Part shown: in pieces, positions 49,801-61,428 of the stretch
Numbering within the stretch: position 1 is the first letter of the stretch
How the letters are laid out: every line of letters begins with the position of its first letter
Assembly (NCBI GenBank): GCA_016748015.1
Contig: JAAOMT010000627.1
Coordinates: 248,001-312,000, forward strand
DNA length: 64,000 nt
Direction: 5' to 3'
Source: Geosiphon pyriformis uo1
Taxonomy: Eukaryota > Fungi > Glomeromycota
Notes under the pieces: model-generated
Seen by the model: only the letters and a program-made list of their open reading frames with translations
What the model was told of the DNA's origin: nothing
Databases searched by the model: none
Program-made: the position numbers and the translations under genes

Positions 49801-52475
49801 ATCACTACCCTCATGATGCCAAGATGATTTTTGACTTAGCAATAGCATTAATTAATAGAGCTACCAAAGAAGATGTTTGTCAAATGAAGGAAGCAGAATA
49901 CATTGAATACACTATGGAATTAGCTGGATTCGATTATGAAGATGAAGTAAAAGTCTACCACCAAATTGCAAGTCATACCTACCTGACCCAAGAAGCTCAA
50001 ATTCAACAATTAGAGCAAATGAACATTAGGCTATATGAAGAATGCATTATGCCTTGCGATGAACAATGATGTCTTGAATGCTATGCTCTTAGTATCCCCT
50101 TGCCCAGCAAAAATGATAAGAATAAAATTGAATTTGGAGAACCTGAAGAAACGGAAGAAATTGAAACAACACCTATCTACCTTATTGAAAATCAGCCTGC
50201 CTTACAACTTAAATACTTCAACAACAACGGACAAGGAATAAAACCTGAAAAAGCACACGAAATTGATGCTGGATATGACCTAAGATATCCAGGCAAGGAT
50301 ACTCTTGTTCTCAAACCCAAATCTCTCACAAAAATCAACCTCAAAATTGCACTCAAAATCCTGCCAGGAGCAATGGTTCAAATCACCTCCCGGTCTTCTC
50401 TGGCAAGCAAAGGAATTAATGTCAGAGGAGGAATAATTGATGCTGGATATACTGGAAACATAACAGTGATGCTTCAAAATAAAACTAACAAACCATTCAA
50501 GATTGAACATGCTGAAAAAATTGCCCAAGCTATTTACCTACCCTTAATCAACATTTCAGGTTTGCAACTAGTCAATCAAAGAGAACAATTAGGAAAAAGC
50601 AATAGAGGAACCCAAGGTTTTGGTTCAACTGGATGATTCACAATTCCAGTTAATATAGCTCTTAACACACAGAATGAATCCCACCAGATTCTCAGACTTC
50701 CACAATTGATTACTATCTTACCTTTTGGAGAACATCTGGAAATCTATACTTGCACAAAGCCAACAACCACACAACAAATTTTTGAGTCCAATGAACAAGT
50801 CTGCTTGGAACATAATATTTTGATCCCAAACATTTATATTCCAGAAGGAACAAAGAAAGTCCGAGTTACTTTTTACAATTCCAATAATTACCCCATAATT
50901 TTATTAAATAATTTAGAAATTGGAGTTATTCACAGTAATATATTTCAACAAGAATTACCCCAAACAGTCCCTGATTTTCCTGAAATTATTGGACATTCAC
51001 TACCAAAAATCAACCCAAACTCTAGCTTTAAAAACTACCATGTTGTCATGGAAAAACTATCTCGAATCAACATGGGACAACTTGAACCACAACAACAGAT
51101 CCAGCTCAAAGAACTAATTGCAGAATTTGCTGATATCTTTGCCGAAAACAACAATGACTTAGGAAGAACTGATTTGGTTCAACACCAAATCTATACAGGA
51201 GATGCCAAACCCAGGCAACAACAAGCCTACTGAGTTGCTCCAGAAAGTCACCAATTTATCTGAGAAGAAGTACAACGGATGCTTAACAATAGGCTTATTC
51301 AACCATCAATAAGCCCATGGGCTTCACCTGTGGTCCTAGTTAAAAAAAAAAATGGAAAGATACAATTTTGTGTTGATTACTGACAACTCAACAGTGTCAC
51401 CATTGGGGATGCCTACCCTCTTTCCCAAATTGATAACATGTTGGATGCCCTTAGAAAGTCCAAATACTTTTCAACATTAGATTTAGAGAGTGGATACTGG
51501 CAAGTTGCTATGAATTCCAAAGACCACTCCAAAACAGCATTCACCACTCAAGAAGGAAATTACAAGTTCAATGTAATGCCTTTCGGATTATGCAATGCAC
51601 CAGCAACATTCCAAAGACTCATGGATGTTGTTTACAAAAGCCTCCTTTGGAAATCAGTAGTAGTTTATCTTGATGACACTGATGTTTATTTACCATCTTT
51701 CGAGCTACATTTAATTCATCTGTGAGAAGTTTTTCAACAATTATGGAAAGCAGGATTGAAACTGAACATTGAAAAATGCTACTTCGGAAAAACAAGTTTA
51801 GCTTTTCTTGGTTATATTGTTAGCAAAGATAGAATTAAACCAGACCCTGGAAAAATCAGTACTGTCAAAAACTTCAAGACTCCACGAAATACCACAGAAT
51901 TAAGAGGATTTATTGGATTAGCATCCTATTACCGAAAATTCATCAAAGAATTCTCAGAAATTGCAAAACCCCTCAACCAGCTCACTACTAAAAATGTCGA
52001 ATACAAATGGACAGGAGAACACCAAAATGCCTTCGAGATACTTAAGGAAAAACTCACAACAGCTTCAATCCTTGCCTACCCAGATTTCAGCAACTGATTC
52101 CGGTTAGCAACTGATGTCTCTTATACTGCCTTTGGTGCCATCCTATCACAGTTAGATGACAATGGAAATGAGCGAGTAATTGCTTATGCTAGTAGAACAT
52201 TAAAGCCAGCTGAAAAGAACTACTCCACAACAGAATTAGAAACCGCAGCAGTAATCTGGGCCCTACATCACTTCAACCTTTATCTCAGACCCAAAGAATT
52301 TGATATTATCACTGATAATATTGGACTTAAATGGCTTCAAAACAAAAACACCCAGCTAAACACAAAACAAACCCGATGGACAGGATTTTTAGCTAATTAC
52401 CAATACATCATACACCATAAACCAGGAAAACTCCACACCAATGTTGATTGTCTCTCAAGAATGAGGCAAGATTAG
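46858..52475 (+). pseudogene. Gypsy C gag-PR-CysRich-dUTPase-RT-RNaseH (interrupted)
   Basis: GTG start; IPEFNGED..FLKGTAGEWF..IKQEPSESV; CHYCGISDHWKRDC; LILDSGSAGS; YLDD; ends CLSRMRQD*. Confidence 0.92.
50240..50633 (+). CDS. dut: dUTPase domain of Gypsy C (all five motifs, no internal stop)
   Basis: AGYDL, SRSSLA, GIIDAGYTG, EKIAQ, RGTQGFGSTG. Confidence 0.95.
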
Positions 52476-52524
52476 AAAACAAAACCAACACCCATTTGAA
52501 TTAACAGCATCAAAACAATAAACA

Positions 52525-53916
52525 ATGAACCCCAAAAACTACAACAATCTCAAACAATATTTGGAGACATTAACAATCCCAACAGATTGGTCCCCAGACA
52601 AAAAACATCAGTTACAACAACAAGCCAAACAATATTTTCTACACAACAACATTATCTATCATCAAAATTTCAAAAACCAAACCAAACCACTCAGATTAAT
52701 ACAAGAACCGGAAAAAAAGACCATTTTATACAACATGCACTCGGATCCTTTATCAATACACTTCGGAAAAGATAGCACCACCCAAAGAACACTAGAATAC
52801 TATTTTTGGCCTCGAATGAGAAAAGACATTCACAAATATGTTGAATCTTGTGATAGTTGTCAAAGAAGAGAAGGAACTCGCCCTACAGAACCTTTAAATC
52901 CAATCAAAGTTGGACAGCCTTTTGACAGAGTTGGTATCGATTTAGTCAGACCACTATCTATCACCACTCAAGGAAACCATTATATTGCAGTAGCTGTAAA
53001 CTATCTTACTAAATGGCCTGAAGCCAGAGCCATTCAATGAGCAGATGCAAAATCAGTAGCAAATTTCATCTACGAAGACATCATTTGTAGACATGAATGT
53101 TCAATTGAACTTTTATCCAATCAGAGAACACACTTTGTGAACAATCTGATACAAGAAATTTGTGAACGATTCAATGTCAAAAGACTTCTGTCTTCGCCCT
53201 ACCATCTACAAACAAACGGACTTGTGGAATGTTTTAACAGAACATTATGTGAGTCATTAGCCAAAGTCTCAACTGATTTTGAGCAAGAATGGGATCTCTT
53301 TATTCCATCAGTGTTACTAGCATATAGGACATTAAAACAAGATATCATGAAACACACACCATTTGATTTAACTTATGGAAGGATGGCAACGTTACCAATC
53401 AGTTTCACAGTGGAAACATACCCAGCACAACCGATCGATGAAAACAATTTCCAAGAAACACTTCAGCGAAGAGCCTATACTCTGCTTAACACATTGGAAG
53501 GAAAATGATGAATAGTAGCCATCCATATTGAACACTCCCAAGCTCAACAAAAAGAATGGCATGATGACAAATTGTCTTCAGTCACCAATGAATTTAAAAT
53601 TGGAAACAAAGTTCTCTTACACAGAACTAAAGCTGAAAAACAATGGAGTAGAAAATTTGAAAATAAATGGGATGGACCATTCTTTATCCATAAAGTCTTA
53701 GGCAATGGATCATACAAGCTAAGACTTGATGACAAAATCCTAGCAAAAGTTGCACATGGAGATTGTTTGAAACACTATTATTCCAGAAACAATCCTGAAC
53801 TATTAATTCCACAAATTGGTACACATTCCCCTTTGGTCAGTCTTGAAGATATTCCCTGAAACTTAGAACCAATAGTTGTCATTGAACAAACCTTCCAACC
53901 TGAACACTTAATTTAA
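52525..53916 (+). pseudogene. Gypsy C integrase (separate ORF)
   Basis: ATG MNPKNYNNLKQYL; HSD..H..CDSC; GIDLVRPL; NGLVECFN; WDGPFFI; no chromodomain. Confidence 0.92.
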
Positions 53917-54025
53917 TTTTACTAGTTATTCTCTTATAATTTAGAAACAATTTTACAAAAACAAAACAAAAATAACATAAAAACCCATACACCAAAAATA
54001 ATTTTTATTTTTTCAATTGCTTATA

Positions 54026-54745
54026 ATGACTATTCCTCAAAACATTCAACAATTATCCCAAAAACTAATATTAGCTTTAAAAACAATACCCGAATTATCC
54101 ATTACTGTTATTGGAAACCACATAAATTATACCCAAACAGAAGTAGTTACAAATTTAGCCCATAATTCACAAAAATATCACCTGTATAAAAAGAACACAA
54201 GAAGTTATACTGGAATTCACCTGCCAGAACTTTTAAAGCTTGCTTTAAGAGAAAACCTAATGCTCACTCCGATTAGTATTCCACTAAATGCTACAATTCA
54301 ACAAAAACTTCAACTGTGTCTCAATGAAGAAAACACTGAATATCCTCCAATCTATAAATATTTTCACATTGGAAAAACACTCTACGAACGGAAACTGGAA
54401 CTTACAACAGCAAACCTCACAAAAAAAGCTATTCAGAAACAACTCCACAACGAATTCAAGACAACAGCTGAATCAACAAACAGTTGCTACAAACTTAGAG
54501 CTGCTCTTAGACTTTATGACCTATTCCACACCTGTGAAAACATACTATAAAACCCAATTTTTCAACCTTTGAAGATTCAATACATTGGAAAGCTCACAAA
54601 ACTGAAATTTTAACAATTTTTAGACCAAATTTCTTCAATAATTTTGGATTATTATCTGGAAATAACAGACAGTACTTGGACTTCGACGGAGCTCAGTCTT
54701 GAGGAGGAGGTTATGTTACCAGACGAAATTAGAGATATCATTTAG
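54026..54745 (+). pseudogene. Gypsy C ORF3 (two internal stops), runs through the PPT into the LTR
   Basis: MTIPQNIQQLSQKL..YKYFHIGKTLYERK..KLRAALRLYDLF..ELSLEEEVMLPDEIRDII*. Confidence 0.85.
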
Positions 54746-55702
54746 CATGAAACTATCTTATAATTCCTATCATTAATTAGCATATATTATCATTTCAAAT
54801 TATCACTTATTACATTAGCAAAGAATGTCCAAAATTATTATTTAATTAATAACCCAAAGTGTATACAACACAAATGTAACCTAATTGCAATGATCAATCA
54901 TGCAATACCCCAAACTATGTAACATTCAAAAGTTTGCCAAAATTTATAGAAATTTGTCAAAATAATTAATAGTTCACTGAAATATCTAATAAGTTCGCAG
55001 AAATAACTTGTAGTTCACCGAAATGTATTTTTAGTTTAGCAAAATTGTAGAAAATAGCAAAGTTCAAGTTCATAAAATAGTGTTACGACAAGTTGTATAA
55101 AAGAAGAGCTTCTCTCTTCGAAAAATAAAAAATATCTTACTTTAGATTTATCTCTTAAAAACTGTTCCTATACACACAAAAAAAATAAATAAATATCAAA
55201 TAATTCAAAAAACCAAATTCTTTAATTATTGTACTTGGAAAATTCCCAAAACCCAACTAACATTTTGAAATTGATTAGCTACCAATTTCAGTAAACTGTT
55301 AGTGACTCCAGACCTGGATAGAAAACGTTTCCCTTGACAAAATTCTATTTCTTTTACATTTCTTTTATTTTCTTCTATTTTTCTTATTACAATCATTAGG
55401 GTAGCCTACAGACAAAATTCCTGTAAAAGAGTTGACTTTCATAGCAAAGTGACTACACATTTTTAGTAAGCTTCCAGACAAGCAATTCCTGGAAAAGAGT
55501 TGATGTTTACTACAACGTAACTACATAAAGCAACTGGCAAGAAATTGGCCATTCCACTTATAAGCCCAACAGTTCAAATTATAGAAGATAATTTGAAGAT
55601 AAATTCAGTTATTGGAGGTTCAACTACATCCAGAAAACGTGAATTTACAACAAACAGGCATCAACAATATTTAAGAAAAGAGACCAAAAATCTCTGGTAA
55701 CA
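54714..55702 (+). repeat. Shared LTR: 3' LTR of C and 5' LTR of D
   Basis: Preceded by a PPT and followed by a PBS (TGGTGCTTTTCCATGG at 55705); closely similar to 45822-46812. Confidence 0.95.
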
Positions 55703-55747
55703 TTTGGTGCTTTTCCATGGAAATAACACAGCAACAACAAATTCAAA

Positions 55748-58700
55748 GTGGCGACCACACCAGACACAGCAACTCTAGAGTATTACCAGTCAATTTACAC
55801 CCACTGCAAGCAAAGATTCAACATTCCAGACAGAATTGAAGTTGTAAAGAAATCAGTATACCAATACATTGAAAACCATATCAACAATTATCTTTTTGGA
55901 AACTACAACATTTCAGAAGTTAGAAGCAACCTCTACAATAATTTAGTGCACTATTCACAATTAGAAACAGAAGACCTAAACAGTGAAACACTTGCTACCT
56001 ACTTCCAAGAACTTAATTTTAACATTATTGAGTATTGTGAAGAAAAATACTCCATACAGTCTAAATACTTTTTTGACTTTGAATCAGAGACAGAAACAGG
56101 CAACAAAGGCAAACAAAGATTGAAGCAATACTCAAAAACCACTCCAAACACTCCAATATTACAAAAGACAACTGCCAAACACTTGCAAACACCTGAACAA
56201 GGAACCAGTGTCAAATTACCACTTTCTATTACACCATTTCCAATTTCACTTGTTCAACCACAAACACCAAATTCACCACTCAACTGCTTCTTCAGACTAG
56301 AAGATTTTCAGTCACCTAGAAACCCTATTTAACAGCAGGAACCAATATTAACAAGTGCCAATATCATTGATTACTTACAGGAAAACGAAAGTAATCATTC
56401 AGAAAGCTTGGAAAGTGAAGAAACTAAATTAGAACCAGAAAAAATTACAGAAAACAAAGAAGAAATGGCAACTGCTTACATTGCAAAAATCCCAGAATTC
56501 ACTGGTGAAGACAATGATACCAGTCCTCAAGAATGGCTTGACAAAGTTCAAAAAGCAGAAGATGCAAATAGTTGGATCATAGCAAGAATGCTCAAAGCAA
56601 TTCCCTACTTTCTCCAAAGAACAGCAGGAGAATAGTTTGAAAATTTAGAAGAACTATTTGAAAACTGGCAAGCATTCAAAGATGCTTTTCTACAACAATT
56701 CACCAACAACAATACCTCTATTACTCTCAGAAACTGCTTTTGCAATATCAAACAAAAAACATCTGAATCTGTTATGACCTATCTTGGAAGATTTAACAAA
56801 CTTCTCAGACAAATCCGACAATTGAAAACCAATGACTACTATTCTGATGCTCAAATTCTGGATCAGTTTATAGCAGGGTTAAAAGACAAACTGATTAAGA
56901 AAGTCTGTCCACATGCTTCAGTAGACTTAGCAACTGCTATTAGACATGCAAAGAGCTATGAAATGACAATAGAAAAAGCAAATCACACCAAGCTTGTAAA
57001 CCTTGCAATTAGAAAAACCAGCTCAGCAGCTAAAGAGAAGATAGACCAACTCACAAAAAAAGTTGAAAGCTACTTCACAAACCAACAACAACAGCAACAA
57101 CAACCACAAAGATATCAACCCCCACAACGACACAACCAAAACAATTTTGGACCACCATCTAACAACCAATCTCAAAATTGTCATTATTGTGGAATTTCAG
57201 GATACTGGAAACAAAATTGTAGGAAATTACAAAAAGACCAACAAAACAGGAGTAATCAACATTACTCTTCACCACAACAATCCTATTACCAATCTCCACC
57301 ACCAACCTATTATTCACCAAGACCACAAAATCAAAACAGTTACTATTCACCAGCTCCACAATCAATGCAGCAACAATATCAGCAACTTTTACCAATTCAG
57401 CTATATCAGACACCACCCACTCAACAATATCAAGTACCAGCAAGAAGATTGGTTCAATATAACCAATTCGCACCCCAAAATCAATTGCAGAATAACCACA
57501 ATAGAATCAATCTAAATAACCAGTTGGTTCTTCGAAATTCGGGTCAGCAAAGACCCAATCACTATCACACTCAACCCAGTTATCTTACAATACCAGAGGA
57601 ATCGGATTTTCAATAAACTGCACTTTCTGAAGGTGAAGTTGCAGCACCAAAATCAAATCCTTCTAATCACACCATTCCACCAGCTCAAATTGCCCAAAAT
57701 GCTAATCTGTCAGATATATTTCCATTTGAATTTGAAGTAAATGAATCACCATTTCTGCTTAGTAATGCAGCAGTTAATGAACAGAAAGCAATTACTGCTA
57801 TGTACACAGAAGCTACAGTGGAAGGAAAACTCATTCACTTAATCTTAGATAGTGGATCAGCTGGAAGTATCATCACTTACCAGCTGATGCAACAACTCAA
57901 ATGAAACATAAACAGACCAGCTCAAACAGTTATTGTCATAGCTGATGGTATGAAGAAGACTCCAGTAGGAGAAATTGATGATTTCTCTTTTTCAATTGAT
58001 GAAATCACCATTCCAGTTAAAGTTCTTGTTATAGATGCACCCCAATACCAAGCTCTAGTCGGAAATGATTGGCTTCTCAAGGCCAATGCAAACCTGAACT
58101 GGGAAACTCAAGAACTTAAAATCTCATACCAAAGACAATATACCATAGTACCTGCAACTTGTAGTATCTTTAACAAATAATCAGAGAAAGCTCCAGTATT
58201 TGAATTTGAAGAGGAAAAAGAAATGCCACTTACTGAAATCTACATGGCTCTTGGATCAACATCCAATTGGGCTGAAGAAACAAAACAAGAGATTTTTGAA
58301 GAATCAAGAAGATAGAAGAAAGTTAGATATTCTATACCAGAACCACGGAAACAACCACCCTATATTCCACTCAAATGCAAAGATTGCAACAAAAAACTTT
58401 CATCAATGGAAGCATGTATTTCTCCAGAAGAAGAATATGAAACTCGTATCTGTTACTTTTGCAAAGCATGCCATAGAGAACGATTTGGATCTCCAAAAAG
58501 AAATGGAAAATGGGACAACACACCTTGCCTTATATGTGGAGAAATGCTACCAGAAGAATGCAATTGGATTGATATAGCAATGAGAGGAGGAGTATGTGAT
58601 CAAATCTGTTAATATGCTTTATCAATTTCGGAAAAAGTCAGAAGAAGAACACCATTTGATGCAGCATACAACAGTGCTCTCAATAAACTTTACCACTATC

Positions 58701-61371
58701 CTCATAATGCTGAAATGATTTTTGACCTAGCAATAGCATTGATCAATAGAGCCACCCAAAAAGATGTCCACCAAATGAAAAAAGCTGAATATATTGAGTA
58801 TATCATAGAATTAGCTGGATTTGATTATGAAGATGAAGTAGAAACCTACCACCAAATTGCAAGCCACACATATCCAATCAAAGAAGCTCAAATTCAACAA
58901 TTAGAGCAAATAAACATTCAATTGTGTGAAGAATGTGTTATGCCTTGTGATGACCAATAGTGTTCAGAATGTTATGCTCTTAGCATTCTTTTGCCAGATA
59001 AGAATGACGAAAATGAAATCGAATTTGGAGTATCTGAACTAATAGAAAAACTACCAACCACTCTTATCTATCTTCTTGAAAAGCAACCACCTCTACAACT
59101 TAAATATTTTGACAACCATGGCCAAGAAATCAGACCAGAAAAAGCACACAAAATTGATGCTGAATATGACCTAAGATATCCAGGAAAAGATACTTTGATT
59201 CTCCAACCAAAGTCTTTGACAAAAATCAATCTCAAAATTGCTTTTGAAATTCCACCAGGAGCAATAGTTCAAATTGCCTCCAGATTATCATTGGCAAGCA
59301 AAGGAATCAATATTAGAGGAGGAGTTATAGATGCAGGATACACTGGAGACATTACTATTATGTTACAGAATAAGACAGACAAACCATTCAGAATTGAACA
59401 TGCTGAAAAAATTGCTCAAGCAATTTACTTACTCTTAATCAACATTTCAGGTTTACAATTAGTAAACAACAGAGAACAATTGAAAAAAAGTGAAAGAGAA
59501 ACTCAAGGTTTTAGTTCAACTGGACGATTTACAGTCCCAATAAACATAGTTCTTAATACACAAAATGAATCTCACCAGATTCTTCAACTTCCTCAGCCAA
59601 TTACCATTTCACCTTTTGGAGAACATCATGAAATTTACACTTGCTCAAAACCCACCACTACACAACAAATCTTTGAATCCAATGAACAAATCTGTTTAAA
59701 GCATGAAATATCAATTCCAAATGTTTATATTCCCAAAGGAATAAAAAAATTTCGAGTTACATTCTACAACTCCAATAATTACCCTATTGTTTTACTAAAC
59801 AAATTAGAAATTGGAATCATACACAGCAATATCTTTCAAAATAAAAACCCTCAAATTGTCTCTAATTTCATCAAAATTGTAAAGCACACTCTACTTCCAA
59901 ATCCAAATATCATTCTCACTACTGAAAACTACCACTTGTTAAAAGAAAAACTCTCTTAAATCAATATGGGTTCCTTAGAACCTCAACAACAAAGACAATT
60001 GAAACAATTGATAGCTGAATTTGCAGATATATTTGCAAAAAACAACAATGACTTGGAAAAAACAAACATTGTTCAACATCAGATCCATACAGGAGATGCT
60101 CTATCAAAATGTCAACAAGCTTATTGAGTGCCACCTGCCAGCCACCAATTTATCAGAGAAGAGGTCCAAAGAATGCTCAATAATGGATTGATTCAACCAT
60201 CAAGAAGTCCTTGGGCCTCACCAGTAGTTTTAGTTAAAAAGAAAAACGGAAAAATCAGATTCTGTGTTAATTATAGACAACTGAATAGTGTTACAATTGA
60301 AGATGCCTACCCTTTTCCAAGAATTGATGACATGCTAGATGCTTTAGGAAAAGCCAAGTTCTTTTCAACTTTAGACCTGGAAAGTGAATACTGGTAAGTC
60401 GAAATGGACCCAAAAGATAGACCCAAAACAGCATTTACTACTCAAAGAGGAAATTATGAGTTTAATGTTATGCCTTTTGGACTCTGCAATGCACCAGCAA
60501 CATTTCAGTAACTCATGGATGTTGTCTATAAAAGGCTCTTGTGGCAATCAGTAGTTGTTTATCTTGATGATACTGATGTATACTCACCAAGCTTTGAAGC
60601 CCATCTTATTCACCTGTGAAAAGTTTTTCAACGATTATGGAAAGCAGGACTAAAGTTAAATATTGAGAAATGTCACTTTGGAAAAACAAACTTGATCTTT
60701 CTTGGACACATAGTTAGTAAAGATGGAATCAAACCAAATCCAGAAACAATCAGTGCTGTCAAAAACTTTCAAACCCCCAGAAATACTACAGAACTAAGAG
60801 AATTTGTGGAATTAGCCTCTTACTATCGAAAATTCATAAAAGGATTCTCAGAAATTGCCAAACCACTCAATTATCTTACCAACAAAAACGTACCATACAA
60901 ATAGACTGAAGAACAACAAAAAGCTTTCAAAACTTTCAAAACAAAATTGACAACAGCCTTAGTTCTTGCTTACCCAGACTTCAACAAACGATTCCAATTA
61001 GCCACTAATGCCTCACACATAGCATTTGGTGCCATCTTATCACAATTGGATGAAAATGGCCAAGAACAAGTTATTGCTTATGCCAACAGAACACTCAAGT
61101 CAACAGAACTCAAATATGGCTCAACTAAATTAGAAGCTGCTGCAGTTGTTTGGGCTCTTAAACATTTTCAACAATATCTAAAGAATGGAAAAAAATTTGA
61201 CATAATAATGGACAACATTGGCCTCAAATGGCTCAATAAAAAAAAACTGAACAAAGTGCCAAACAGTCTCAATGAAATGACTTTCTAGCAGACTACAGAT
61301 ATATTGTACACCACAAACCAGAAAAACTACATATCAATGTTAATAGTTTCTCAAGAATGAGACAAAATTAA
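55748..61371 (+). pseudogene. Gypsy D gag-PR-CysRich-dUTPase-RT-RNaseH (interrupted)
   Basis: GTG start; CHYCGISGYWKQNC; LILDSGSAGS; AEYDL..GVIDAGYTG..QGFSSTG; YLDD; ends FSRMRQN*. Confidence 0.92.
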
Positions 61372-61428
61372 TACCAACAACAATTCCACCACAACTTACC
61401 AACTTACCAACAAAATAACCAAACAAAA

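Larger units (their letters stand above)
45822..55702 (+). mobile_element. Gypsy C LTR retrotransposon
   Basis: LTRs 45822-46812 and 54714-55702; ACAT on the left flank (right copy not visible); PBS TGGTGCTCTCTCACGG at 46815; PPT GAGGAGGAGG at 54701. Confidence 0.95.

Noticed and set aside
53700-53916. Chromodomain at the end of integrase
   Set aside because: After GPF there is only the usual YKL..H..RLK segment and a short tail; no chromodomain aromatic pattern is present.
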